A stretch of 16,120 bases of DNA, from assembly GCA_964399335.1 (NCBI GenBank), contig CAYNQI010000006.1, positions 34,005-50,124 on the forward strand, read 5' to 3'. The stretch is from an uncultured Thermoplasmata archaeon. GTDB taxonomy: Archaea > Thermoplasmatota > Thermoplasmata > Halarchaeoplasmatales > Halarchaeoplasmataceae. The notes under the pieces were generated by a model that was not told where the DNA came from, searched no databases, and saw only the letters and a list, made by a program, of their open reading frames with translations. The number at the start of each line of letters is the position of its first letter. The stretch's first letter is position 1. The position numbers and the translations under genes were made by a program. This document shows positions 6,169 to 16,074 of this stretch, in pieces.

Positions 6169-7404
6169 TTATTCTTTGATCTCGCCAAACCCTATAAGAT
6201 GCCATTTTCCCTTGATCCTTCTACTGATAGCTATCCTCTGTCCAATTTCTGCACATACAGCTCTTTTCAAAGTAACAGCGGCTTCAGTACCTCTTGCAGA
6301 ACTAACAACTCCTACAGTCGTTGCAGTTCCAACTGTCAGCATCAGAGGTTCTCTAGTCTTTATCTTCTCGACTTCTTTGTCCTTTTCCATACCTACGACT
6401 TTATCGAGTAGATTAACTTCCATGACAAAATCTTCCTGAATAGGAGGTAATTCACCGGGATATCCTACAACGTGCCCTACTAAAGAATCCGATTTTGTAA
6501 GATTCGGATCTAATTTGGTCCCGATACCGATCAATCCACCAGGTCTAGCCTTTTCTAGGGAGATGGCACCTGAATTTAGAGATTCGACTTGTGTGACTAT
6601 CTTTTGCCATTTAGTTTCGCCATGTTCCTCGATTTTATTCCCGGGCGATATCTCTATTTCGTCACCGATTTTAAGTACTCCTCTTGATAATGATCCTCCG
6701 ATGACTCCGCCTTTAAGGTTCTTGATACTTGTACCTGGTTGATTTATATCAAATGATCTAGCAACTGTGATTCTAGGTGATGCATCAGTTTCTACTTCCG
6801 GTGTTGGTATGTATTTTTGTATGGCCTCGATCAATATGTCTATGTTAACGTCGTGATGAGCCGATACCGGAATGATCGGTGCGTCTTCAGCTACTGTACC
6901 TTTGGTAAATTCTTTGATCTGTTCATAGTTCTCTTTAGCTTTTTCTGAACTTACTAGATCTATCTTGTTTTGAACGATTATAACATTTTTTACTCCTGTG
7001 ATATCCAAGCCCATAAGGTGTTCTTGGGTCTGGGGTTGTGGGCATGGTTCGTTTGCAGCTATTATGAGTATCGCACCATCCATCATTGATGCACCCGAAA
7101 GCATTGTAGCCATCAAAGTTTCGTGACCAGGAGAGTCAACGAAAGAAACAGCTCTTAGAAATTCAGCCTCACCTTCGCATTTCGGACATTCTGGTGAAAC
7201 GGAATATGCTTCTACACCGTTACAATCTTTACACTTATAGAAGGCTGTGTCTGCATAACCCAATTTTATGCTTATACCACGTTTGGTTTCCTCTGAATGT
7301 CTATCCGTCCATTCCCCACTCAAGGCTTTTGTTAAAGTCGTTTTACCGTGATCGACGTGACCGACTAAGCCTATGTTAACCTCAGGTTGCTTTGGTACTT
7401 TCAT
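6169..7404 (-). CDS. eif2g: Translation initiation factor 2 gamma subunit
   Basis: [32 protein letters not shown] GTPase motifs and CxxC..CxxC zinc knuckle. ATG 7404 follows the S6e stop. Confidence 0.98.
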   Translation of the reverse strand: MKVPKQPEVNIGLVGHVDHGKTTLTKALSGEWTDRHSEETKRGISIKLGYADTAFYKCKDCNGVEAYSVSPECPKCEGEAEFLRAVSFVDSPGHETLMATMLSGASMMDGAILIIAANEPCPQPQTQEHLMGLDITGVKNVIIVQNKIDLVSSEKAKENYEQIKEFTKGTVAEDAPIIPVSAHHDVNIDILIEAIQKYIPTPEVETDASPRITVARSFDINQPGTSIKNLKGGVIGGSLSRGVLKIGDEIEISPGNKIEEHGETKWQKIVTQVESLNSGAISLEKARPGGLIGIGTKLDPNLTKSDSLVGHVVGYPGELPPIQEDFVMEVNLLDKVVGMEKDKEVEKIKTREPLMLTVGTATTVGVVSSARGTEAAVTLKRAVCAEIGQRIAISRRIKGKWHLIGFGEIKE

Positions 7405-7407
7405 CAA

Positions 7408-7803
7408 TTACTCTCCTTCTTTTTCTTCTTCAAAAATGTCCTTTATGGATTTCGGACCATGTTCTATGACTTTCATGTTCAATTGGCTTATATCAGGGGA
7501 TATAGTGTTTCCTCTGACGGTCTTCTTCTTCCTGACACCGCCTTTTAAGTTCTTGAAACCTGCTCCACCTTTTCCAAGGATCTTCTTCCGTCCTGGACCA
7601 GGGATATTCTTTTTCATGGGAAAACCATCAAAATCGCTTCCTCCTGTGATCTTCAATTTATAACCGGGAAGATTGACAAATATACCATCTACCTCATCAT
7701 TGATCCTCTTTCCAATCAATGAATTTGCATGATGTCCTTCAACATTCGTTTGGTACGACTTTCCATTTTTCGGATCTGAAATAACAACTTCGAATTCTAC
7801 CAT
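7408..7803 (-). CDS. rps6e: 30S ribosomal protein S6e
   Basis: FEVVISDPK...LKITGGSDFDGFPM...RKKKTVRGNTI signature. Start at ATG 7803. Confidence 0.97.
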   Translation of the reverse strand: MVEFEVVISDPKNGKSYQTNVEGHHANSLIGKRINDEVDGIFVNLPGYKLKITGGSDFDGFPMKKNIPGPGRKKILGKGGAGFKNLKGGVRKKKTVRGNTISPDISQLNMKVIEHGPKSIKDIFEEEKEGE

Positions 7804-8012
7804 TTGTAACACCCATTATTGTATTTATTTAGTGTCTTTTGGAAGGATTATATCCTTCTATTATAAAGCTTTGGGGGATACTAAACGGGAAGTGGTGATT
7901 AAATATTTCTAATTTTTCTTCGATTTCAACTACAAAACTCAAATAGTTCTCCTCGCCTCAGGTAAGTTTTATATATGACCTACGAATAACTCCGATTAAA
8001 GAGGTGGCTGGA

Positions 8013-8180
8013 TTGGAAGAAACCCTCTGTTCCATAGAGATAGTAAAAGATGGCGAAGGTTACAAAGCTAAGGTTCAAACAAGTCTAGGTAGATATGTCG
8101 AATACCGGAATGATGATTTTGAAAACCTTCTTCAGCAGGTTTATGAAGATATCCAAGAAGAAATAGAGACAACGTTATAA
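8013..8180 (+). CDS. 55-aa acidic hypothetical protein (MEETLCSIEIVKDGEGYKAKVQTSLGRYVEYRNDDFENLLQQVYEDIQEEIETTL)
   Basis: TTG start 6 nt after GAGGTG SD (8001-8006), TTTATATA at 7968-7975, TAA at 8178-8180. Absent from the ORF track. Confidence 0.8.
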   Translation: MEETLCSIEIVKDGEGYKAKVQTSLGRYVEYRNDDFENLLQQVYEDIQEEIETTL

Positions 8181-8292
8181 TTTTCTGTTTAAGTTACATT
8201 GGATAAAACCTCTTTTGAATGTAAATTCTGTTACTTCTTTTGAAAAATATATATAACCCTTGTGTATTCGAATAATTTAAAGAGTGGTCATC

Positions 8293-8637
8293 ATGGCAAA
8301 TGGAAAAGATAATAATGAATACGAAGAAGCTATATCGAGTTATTACGAAGGGCGTGGAGTCAGTTCCATAATATCATTAAAAGTAGATACTATGGAAGCT
8401 GATACTATTGCTGAAATGCTATCAGGTTTTGACAATATTGAGGATGTTTTTTTGGTGACTGGAGATGTAGATATCATAGTCAAAGCAAGGTTCAAAGATT
8501 ATGATCATATGAAACAATTTCTTTTGAAAAAAGTTTCTCAATTAGAAGGTGTTGATAATCTGCACAGCCAGATGATAATCACCACGTATAAAGAAAGGAA
8601 TCAGGTAATAGCTGTGGAAGAATCTTTAGAAGACTAA
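8293..8637 (+). CDS. Lrp/AsnC ligand-binding-domain-only protein (no HTH)
   Basis: IEDVFLVTGDVDIIVKARFKDYDHMKQFL RAM-domain signature; no N-terminal HTH. Confidence 0.85.
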   Translation: MANGKDNNEYEEAISSYYEGRGVSSIISLKVDTMEADTIAEMLSGFDNIEDVFLVTGDVDIIVKARFKDYDHMKQFLLKKVSQLEGVDNLHSQMIITTYKERNQVIAVEESLED

Positions 8638-9608
8638 TGGATTTCATCCATTTTCCAATCTTCCCATTTTTTAATTTTTTTTGATATCAAGAATTCGATA
8701 GGTGTCAATATCTTCGTCGTATAATTACTGCTATCATCTAAAGCTATCCTTGGACATGCTGTGTTTACTGCACAATCCCATTGAAAATCATCCACTAGGT
8801 CTGGTTCAACTTCATCGAATTCAGCTATTATAAGGTCATTTTTAGCTTCTTTAAGCTCATCAAAAACTCCTTCTCTCCTTTGTCCTTGTTTTTGAGACAA
8901 GATGACTCCTACTTTCTCAGCTTCCTCAGATACGTTTATAGTGGCAAATCTTTTACGCAGTAATCTATCCATTTCGTTCTCAGTCGACGTAAATTCACCA
9001 GTGACGGGGTTGAACACAAAGACTTCTTTATTTAAAGACAATGAAAGTCCCAATGGGTGAAATCTGCCGGTTCCTATGTACAAGTGAGTATCTGCATCAG
9101 TAACTTTAGTTGAGTAATTACAACCCAATACCTGACCTGGATATTTTATTCGTTGGTCCCCCTTTCCAATTATAGTCTCAAATCCTTCTTCTTCAAGTAT
9201 TTCCTTCATCTTCTTTAGATGATCCATATGTTGAATAGATGCGTAAAGTGCAACTTTACCCTTCAATCTCTTGAATAATTTGTTAGGTGGATCAGTCCAT
9301 CTACTGCTTCTACCCTCTAGATATACCACGGGATATTCAGTGTCAAGATTTGGGATCTCAGAATGTCCGATATGAACCAAAAGATCAGCATCACCGATAT
9401 CTAATGGTAGATCACATGCACCATAACAGGTCCCTCCCCATAAAGTAACATCGACACCGTATCTTTCAAGTTCTTTTATTATCTTGTGAGATTTTCTTCT
9501 TAGACCATCTGGAAGCTGCAGTAAAACCTTTTCAGCATTTGATTCCTTGATCTTCTTTTTAACTGGTTGAATATCGATCTCGAATTCGTCCAATTTTAAT
9601 ATACTCAT
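8634..9608 (-). CDS. dph2: Diphthamide biosynthesis enzyme Dph2
   Basis: LLQLPDGL, TCYGACD, GQVLGC and TACPRIA motifs with the three Fe-S cysteines. Confidence 0.95.
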   Translation of the reverse strand: MSILKLDEFEIDIQPVKKKIKESNAEKVLLQLPDGLRRKSHKIIKELERYGVDVTLWGGTCYGACDLPLDIGDADLLVHIGHSEIPNLDTEYPVVYLEGRSSRWTDPPNKLFKRLKGKVALYASIQHMDHLKKMKEILEEEGFETIIGKGDQRIKYPGQVLGCNYSTKVTDADTHLYIGTGRFHPLGLSLSLNKEVFVFNPVTGEFTSTENEMDRLLRKRFATINVSEEAEKVGVILSQKQGQRREGVFDELKEAKNDLIIAEFDEVEPDLVDDFQWDCAVNTACPRIALDDSSNYTTKILTPIEFLISKKIKKWEDWKMDEIH

Positions 9609-10732
9609 ATATACTCTCCAAGCGGGTTTACCATCTCATCTATGCTTGTCTTACTTACATGCGGCATGATCACGAACCTTAAACCAGGTGGATTGACAGT
9701 TCTAGATATATTAAAACCTTCTTTAGCCATACCTTCAACTATCTTTTTAGGATTTTTATGATGAAACGAAGCTATATTCATAACTGGATCTATTATCGGT
9801 TCAAAACCAATATCTTCCATCTTATCGATAAGATATCTAGTATTTTCCATACATCTTGTTACTATCTCTCTATACCCTTCTTTTCCCAGATAATTCAATG
9901 TGGCCCAAAAAGCCGGTATTGATGCACTCGCTCTAGTACCCCTGATGGTCTTTTGATCTTTACCGGTGAGATACGGAGATTCGATGGATAACGGAGAGCC
10001 CTCTTTTGAAAACATCAATCCAAGGGGTATAGTAGACATGCCCATCTTGTGAGGGTCCAATACATAGGTATCTATATTTTTAAAATGAAATTCATAACAC
10101 GGTTCTTGGTATCCCAATTCTTTCAAGAATGGAATAACAAAACCTCCAAAAGCTGCATCTACGTGGAAGAATATATCATCGCATAACTCGGCGATCTCAT
10201 CGATGGGGTCGATCTGTCCTAACTCAGTGGTTCCAGCGATACCGACGACTGCCGCAGTATCATCGTCCATCTTTTCTTCTATCACGGATACATCAACCCG
10301 ATATTCTTCATCTAGTGGAATATAAACAGGGTCCATATCCAATAGATTACATGCCTTTTGGAAGGAAAAATGTGCACTCTCCGGGAGCAATACTTTTCTT
10401 TTCTCAGATACGTTTCTTGCCCTCCAAAGGGCGATTATGTTCCCTTCGGTGGCACCTCCAACAGATAGTACTTCATCATAATCACCGTCGATAAGTGAAC
10501 CAACTGTTTGGTGAACTCTCCTTTCTAAATCTTTAGTTCCCTGGTAGAGACCAGGATTTCCAAGATTGGATTCAAGGAACATCTGGTGAACCTCTTTACC
10601 TATTTGAATAGACTCGGTACACATGGACCCAAATATTTTATCAGAGGAGAATTTCAAATCTAACTTTTCAGCTTCGACTATCTCCTTTAAAATTTCTTCC
10701 TCACTTCTACCCTTTTCAGGAAAAATTGCCAT
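9605..10732 (-). CDS. mfnA: PLP-dependent group II decarboxylase, MfnA family (tyrosine / aspartate 1-decarboxylase)
   Basis: IFGSMCT, ESNLGNPGL, HFSFQKA, GTTELGQID, HVDAAFGG and DPHKMG (PLP lysine). Confidence 0.9.
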   Translation of the reverse strand: MAIFPEKGRSEEEILKEIVEAEKLDLKFSSDKIFGSMCTESIQIGKEVHQMFLESNLGNPGLYQGTKDLERRVHQTVGSLIDGDYDEVLSVGGATEGNIIALWRARNVSEKRKVLLPESAHFSFQKACNLLDMDPVYIPLDEEYRVDVSVIEEKMDDDTAAVVGIAGTTELGQIDPIDEIAELCDDIFFHVDAAFGGFVIPFLKELGYQEPCYEFHFKNIDTYVLDPHKMGMSTIPLGLMFSKEGSPLSIESPYLTGKDQKTIRGTRASASIPAFWATLNYLGKEGYREIVTRCMENTRYLIDKMEDIGFEPIIDPVMNIASFHHKNPKKIVEGMAKEGFNISRTVNPPGLRFVIMPHVSKTSIDEMVNPLGEYI

Positions 10733-10739
10733 ATATATT

Positions 10740-11504
10740 TCACCTTTTAAAAACTCTGCTCCTTTTATTCAGTTTTGTGATCTTTCCTCTTACAATTGTG
10801 ATCGATATTACCGAGAAGAAAACTGCTACTATCAATGCAAGGATAGGTATCCTGCCTCCATAGATCAAACCAGCGGATGCTAAATAGTTGAAACTACCGT
10901 GCATGATCACTGCTATAAGATAATATGGGATAAAAGAATGTTTACCCGTTAAATGTCCTTTTGAGATCCCATAACCTGCAACTGCACTTGCACTACCATG
11001 TAATAATGTACTTGCAACACTTCTTAAAATAACCACAACCACGAAGGCTTGAACACCTTCATGAAATAATGCCGTACTTTCGTACAATAGATTTTCAGTG
11101 GCTGCAAATCCAAGACCTGCAGCGGCACCTAAAACGAAACCATCTTCTAAACTGAATATTGAATTTTTAGCTGAAAACACACCAAGAACTTTGGTAAATT
11201 CCTCGACGACTGGAGCGATAACACATACTATTATTAAAGTCATTATAGTTCTGTCTTCTAGGAACTGGTATTCCCTGACAAGTCCTGAACTTTGAATAGC
11301 ACCTAAGAAAACGAGAGATAATATAACTGCCATGATGACTGCAAATATCGCACCCCAGATGAAAAGCTTGAAAAGTGTAGACCACTTCTGTTTACTGTGA
11401 AGTTCAGCATTTCGTATCCATCTTAGATAGACTAGGGAGGGTATAAATGCGGCACAGATAAGTATTGCAGCTGTTAATAAGACCTCTTGATTAAGGATAC
11501 TCAT
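10740..11504 (-). CDS. prsW: PrsW-family intramembrane glutamic/metallo-protease
   Basis: APVVEEFTK (EExxK), GLGFAATEN, HG and HGSFN motifs in a multi-TM protein. Start is ATG 11504 or TTG 11516. Confidence 0.9.
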   Translation of the reverse strand: MSILNQEVLLTAAILICAAFIPSLVYLRWIRNAELHSKQKWSTLFKLFIWGAIFAVIMAVILSLVFLGAIQSSGLVREYQFLEDRTIMTLIIVCVIAPVVEEFTKVLGVFSAKNSIFSLEDGFVLGAAAGLGFAATENLLYESTALFHEGVQAFVVVVILRSVASTLLHGSASAVAGYGISKGHLTGKHSFIPYYLIAVIMHGSFNYLASAGLIYGGRIPILALIVAVFFSVISITIVRGKITKLNKRSRVFKR

Positions 11505-11546
11505 TATCGAAATCAAAGCATATTGATATAATAACTTTTTTGGAAA

Positions 11547-12932
11547 TTATTTCAGAATCTTAATACTCTCTTCGATAGCTTCCTTTACGTCCCCATCCAC
11601 TTCAGTCTCCGCTATCTTATCAAATTCTTCAATCTCGTTGGTCGTATCTATCCTATCACCGACTTCTTCTATCTTTTCTGCCAAACCTTTGATAGCTTCA
11701 ACTTTAACCCACTTGTCATTGTCGTAGAGCGCATCTCTCAATTTCCTTATTATAGATTTAGCTCTGTTATCGCCAACTTCTTTTAGATCGATACATCTTA
11801 GAGCTTCTACAACTTTCTGGCGTATCTTCCATCTATTATCATCTACAAATTCTAGAAGTTGAGGTATTGATCTTGTATCTCCCATCTTAGCTAGGCTTAC
11901 AGACAAAACAATTTCTTTAACCCCATAAACATCATCAATCTTATCGTAAACAATATTTTTGTGTTCATCTGGTGCCTTTGATAAAGAATCTGAGATCGCC
12001 CATAGGACCCTTGGATGTTCTTCATATTCTAATCCTTCGAGTAAAACTTTTGTAGATAGTTCTGTACCTATTTCTCCTAAGGCCTTAACTGCTGATGATC
12101 TGATTTCTGGCTTTTCAGAATCTAATTTCCTTTTAATAAATTCAACTGTGTCGTCATCACCGATCCTACCTAAACTTTCCAGACTCACTTCAACCACATA
12201 CTCGTTGGAATCATCTAAAGTTTCTACTAGTTTTTGTTCAGCATCTCTATAATTCAATTCACCGAGTGCCTTTGCAGCTTCCTCTCTTATCCTCCAGCTT
12301 TCATCCTTTAGTGCCTCTATAAGTAGTTGGCAGGAATCTTCGTCTCCGATAGACGCCAATCCCTGGACTGCAGCCTCTCTAACAGTTTTTTCCCCGTCCT
12401 TTATTTTTTGTGCCAAATGTGGAAGTATCTCATCACCATCGAGTTTTATGAGAGCTTTGATGACTTCTTCCTCTACGGAGATATCATCGATATGCCCCAT
12501 CAATATCTCGTGGGCTTTTTCTCCACCTATCTCACCCAAACTTTCCACAGCTTTCTGTTTGATCTCGATATCTTCTTCTTTTTCCAAAAGCTCGTCTAGA
12601 GCTTTCACTGCTTCTTCGTTCCCGATGTGACCCAGGGCTATGGCTGCATCGTGTCTTATCACCCAGGAATCATCTTTTAAACATTCTATCAGAGGTTCTA
12701 CACCTCTTTGGGAGTCGATATGACCGACGGCCAAAATCACGTTGGACCTAACGGTCTCTTCATCTTCATCATCTAAAGATCTTAACAGGGGGCCTAATGC
12801 AAGTTTATCGCCTAATATACCCAGTGCTTTAGCACTCTCGGCCCTTTCTTTGGTATCTCCAGCTTTCAACAATTCAACGAGACCGTCGATATCCTCCTCT
12901 TCTTTCAACTCAACAATCTTTTTCATAGGCAT
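11547..12932 (-). CDS. HEAT-repeat (PBS lyase HEAT-like) solenoid protein
   Basis: About a dozen ~31-aa repeats such as LIEALKDESWRIREEAAKALGEL; strongly acidic. Confidence 0.9.
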   Translation of the reverse strand: MPMKKIVELKEEEDIDGLVELLKAGDTKERAESAKALGILGDKLALGPLLRSLDDEDEETVRSNVILAVGHIDSQRGVEPLIECLKDDSWVIRHDAAIALGHIGNEEAVKALDELLEKEEDIEIKQKAVESLGEIGGEKAHEILMGHIDDISVEEEVIKALIKLDGDEILPHLAQKIKDGEKTVREAAVQGLASIGDEDSCQLLIEALKDESWRIREEAAKALGELNYRDAEQKLVETLDDSNEYVVEVSLESLGRIGDDDTVEFIKRKLDSEKPEIRSSAVKALGEIGTELSTKVLLEGLEYEEHPRVLWAISDSLSKAPDEHKNIVYDKIDDVYGVKEIVLSVSLAKMGDTRSIPQLLEFVDDNRWKIRQKVVEALRCIDLKEVGDNRAKSIIRKLRDALYDNDKWVKVEAIKGLAEKIEEVGDRIDTTNEIEEFDKIAETEVDGDVKEAIEESIKILK

Positions 12933-12934
12933 GG

Positions 12935-14809
12935 TCAATTTATCCTCTTTTGAAGCTCTTCTTTCAATATCTTACTAACCTTTTCACCATCAGCTTTACC
13001 CCTCAATTCCTGCATGATCACGCCCATGAGAGGTCCTAAAGACGACATACCCCTTTCTTCTACGAAATCCTTACGATCATCCAAAACTTTTACAACCGCA
13101 TCTCTGACATCCTGATCATCCACTTTCTCCAAACCAGCAGATTCCATAGCTTCATCTATGTTCTTACCTGTTGTCAATTCCTTCAAGATGTCAGAAATAC
13201 CCTCTTTGGCAAATTCACCTGCTTCCAGTTTCTCGAATATCTGGAAGAGTTGGTCATCGGATATCTTTTCGAGTTCATGATCGTCCCTTTCGAGTTCTGG
13301 ATAGGTGTGGAGGAATGTGTTGGCTACCGTAGATGGGTTACCATGCTCTTTAACTAAATCTTCGAACAGGATATCGTAACCCTTTTTGAATAGCTGTTCA
13401 CTCTGCTGCCTATTGATACCATACTCCTTCTGGAATCTTTTTATCCTTTCAGATGGTTTTTCTGGAAGGTCATCCTTTAATCTTTTTAACCGTTCTTCAC
13501 TTACCGATATAGGGGGAATATCAGTCTCTGGATACATCCTTGCTTCACCTGATAACGGTCTCAAGAATGTGGAACTCCCATCTATTTCAGCCCTTCTTGT
13601 CTCTTCAGGTACACCTGCGAATGCCATCTCCGCTCGCTCAGCAACTTTTTCTAGAGCTTCATTTGCAGTTCCTTCTTTTGCAGCAACCAAAGCGAAAGCA
13701 TCTTTTTTCTTTAATTCCAACTCTTTTTCTATAGAATCAACTTCCTCCTCTGTTATACCAAATTTTGGAAGTTCATCACTGTGGAAAATACCCTTCACTC
13801 CGGCCTTCTTAGCATAATCTGCCATCTCAGGTCCCAATAGTGCTTCACCATCTTCACCTCTGAGAGTACCATGGAATCCTTCCAATCTAAGAGCATATAC
13901 TCCCTTACCACTGTTCAAACTACCTTTGATTATCCCGCTGCCGGTTTCTTCGAAAAGGTTTGTAACATCGTGGACTTCTTTATCGACTTGGGCTTTTCTG
14001 CCTTTCAACTTATCAGCTATTTCGACCAGCCTGAGCTGACGGTCGATCTCGTTTTCAACGTACTCTGGAAGCATAGATAGATCTTGGACACCTTTCATCT
14101 CAACTCTAGCTCCTTTCTTGATAGATACGTTCAGATCTTCACGTATTGTTCCTAACCCTCGCTTCACCTGTCTGGTCGCTCTTAAAAGACCACCGAGCAT
14201 CTGAGCCACTTCTTTCGCTTCTCGAGGTGTATTCATATCGGGGCCGGTAGCCATCTCTATGAGCGGGATACCCAATCGATCTAGGCGGTAAACTTTCTCT
14301 TTCCCTTCTTTACCTATGTTTCGGGCGGCATCCTCCTCCAAACATATACTCGGAATAGTGATCTTTTTACCATCTATTTCCACTTCCCCATTTAAAGCTA
14401 TCAAAGAAGTCCTTTGGAATCCAGTGGTGTTGGAACCATCGATAACGATCTTTCTCATGAACTGTATTTCATCAACGATATCACTATTCAGCATAAGTGC
14501 CATCTTCAAAGCTATATCCAAAGCTTCTTCGTCGGGACCTTCAGGCGGTTCTTCGTCCATCTCTACTAAACAGGAGGAACTTTCAGGGGCTTGGTATCTG
14601 AAACGCAGCCCTTTCTGTGCTTCAAGAAGTGCGGCGGCGTCGATCTCACCCATCTCACTTGCCGTAGGTCTCAATTCTCGAGTTATCTCCATGTCAAAAT
14701 CGTCCACCAATTCTGAAGGACAATCGCAGAACAATTTCTTCGTATCTAACTGCTGGTGGATCTCAAGTCCAACTTTTAAACCCAGCTCTTCATAGTCCCT
14801 TTGTGCCAT
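12935..14809 (-). CDS. gatE: Glutamyl-tRNA(Gln) amidotransferase subunit E
   Basis: GLKVGLEIHQQLDTKKLFC, FMRKIVIDGSNTTGFQRT, RLDRLGIPLIE, RMYPETDIPP. AGGTGA SD 5 nt before ATG 14809. Confidence 0.98.
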   Translation of the reverse strand: MAQRDYEELGLKVGLEIHQQLDTKKLFCDCPSELVDDFDMEITRELRPTASEMGEIDAAALLEAQKGLRFRYQAPESSSCLVEMDEEPPEGPDEEALDIALKMALMLNSDIVDEIQFMRKIVIDGSNTTGFQRTSLIALNGEVEIDGKKITIPSICLEEDAARNIGKEGKEKVYRLDRLGIPLIEMATGPDMNTPREAKEVAQMLGGLLRATRQVKRGLGTIREDLNVSIKKGARVEMKGVQDLSMLPEYVENEIDRQLRLVEIADKLKGRKAQVDKEVHDVTNLFEETGSGIIKGSLNSGKGVYALRLEGFHGTLRGEDGEALLGPEMADYAKKAGVKGIFHSDELPKFGITEEEVDSIEKELELKKKDAFALVAAKEGTANEALEKVAERAEMAFAGVPEETRRAEIDGSSTFLRPLSGEARMYPETDIPPISVSEERLKRLKDDLPEKPSERIKRFQKEYGINRQQSEQLFKKGYDILFEDLVKEHGNPSTVANTFLHTYPELERDDHELEKISDDQLFQIFEKLEAGEFAKEGISDILKELTTGKNIDEAMESAGLEKVDDQDVRDAVVKVLDDRKDFVEERGMSSLGPLMGVIMQELRGKADGEKVSKILKEELQKRIN

Positions 14810-14814
14810 AGATA

Positions 14815-16074
14815 TCACCTGATCCTCCTTTCTGTGATCTCACCAGCGATATCACGTTTCATGATCTCATCCACATCTTCATCTAAAGTCAACGCCCACA
14901 TCAGTTTGGTTAAGGCGGTTTCTGGAAGCATATCACCACACGGTATAACTCCAGCCTCTATCAGTTTCCTACCGCTGGAATAAATATTATCATTAACGGT
15001 ACCGTATAAACATTGACTTGTCATGGCGACTTTTGTCCCATTGTCAATTATTTCTTTGATCACTGGTATAAGTTTAGTTTTGATATGTCCCAGCCCTGTA
15101 CCGGCTATGACGATACCATTTCCCTCACCAGCTTGGATCAACTCTTTTTCTGTCAAAGATGGACTTGAATAGATCAAAGATACCTCTGGATCGATAGAAC
15201 CGTATTTACCATATTCTCCATCTACTTTGGTGATATCTTCAGTGATCTTCATATCACCATCATGTGGATCTATGGTACCTACTGGCTCCGTATTTATCGA
15301 TCGGAATGCATCTCTTCTAGTGGTGTGCATCTTCCTTACCTTTGTGCCTTTATGTATAGCACATCTATCTTCGGAAAGAGATTCATGCATAACGACATAG
15401 ACACCGCTGAGGTCCGACTTAGCCACTTCGATAGCTGCTAACAGATTCAGATGTGCATCGCTTGAAGGTCTATCGCTGGATCGCTGGGAACCTACAAGAA
15501 CAACAGGTTTTGGAATGTCTTTCAACAAGAAGGATAGAGCCGCCGATGTGTAACCCATAGTATCAGTTCCATGTGCTATAACTACACCTTCAGCACCAGA
15601 ATCGAACTCTTCCAATACTTTGTCAGCTATCAACTCCCAATCATCGGGTTCTATGTCTTCGCTCAACTTACTGAACAAGACCTCGACTTTTGGATAACAT
15701 CTTTCTCCTATCTCTGGATTAGAATAAAGCATCTCTTCAGCGGACTGGGCTGGATGGACCGCTCCGGTATCATAATCAACATAACTTGCGATGGTACCAC
15801 CAGTGCCCAGAATAGACACTGATGGTTTGCTTTCATCGAGTTTGAATTTTTCTAATCGATCTTCAGTGGATTTTCTCTTTCTCTTTATCAATTCAACATC
15901 GGTATACTCATCTATTTCAATACCTATGTTATAACCATCTTCCCTCTTCAAATTTATGATCTCATCTTTACTGAAGCGATGATGTGGCATCAAAATCCCT
16001 TTATATATTTTAATGTCTTTTGTGACTTTTATCAAATCTCCGACTTCAACACCTTCAAGGAGTTCTTCTTTCAT
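14815..16074 (-). CDS. gatD: Glutamyl-tRNA(Gln) amidotransferase subunit D
   Basis: GTGGTIAS, HGTDTMGY, GSQRSSDRPSSD, VRKMHTTRRDAF and N-terminal GILMP...DGYNIG domain. Probable start is ATG 16074. Confidence 0.97.
   Translation of the reverse strand: MKEELLEGVEVGDLIKVTKDIKIYKGILMPHHRFSKDEIINLKREDGYNIGIEIDEYTDVELIKRKRKSTEDRLEKFKLDESKPSVSILGTGGTIASYVDYDTGAVHPAQSAEEMLYSNPEIGERCYPKVEVLFSKLSEDIEPDDWELIADKVLEEFDSGAEGVVIAHGTDTMGYTSAALSFLLKDIPKPVVLVGSQRSSDRPSSDAHLNLLAAIEVAKSDLSGVYVVMHESLSEDRCAIHKGTKVRKMHTTRRDAFRSINTEPVGTIDPHDGDMKITEDITKVDGEYGKYGSIDPEVSLIYSSPSLTEKELIQAGEGNGIVIAGTGLGHIKTKLIPVIKEIIDNGTKVAMTSQCLYGTVNDNIYSSGRKLIEAGVIPCGDMLPETALTKLMWALTLDEDVDEIMKRDIAGEITERRIR

Noticed and set aside
8192-8225. 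TTACATT...AATGTAA inverted repeat between the 55-aa ORF and the Lrp gene
   Set aside because: Short, AT-rich and with a long spacer; too weak to call a terminator or operator.
1971-15822. Numerous 60-160 aa ORFs antisense to or nested in well-supported genes (e.g. 1971..2231, 4436..4675, 7373..7663, 13386..13817, 14316..14795)
   Set aside because: Ser/Phe/Leu-rich shadows of Glu/Lys-rich real genes, with no independent signals.
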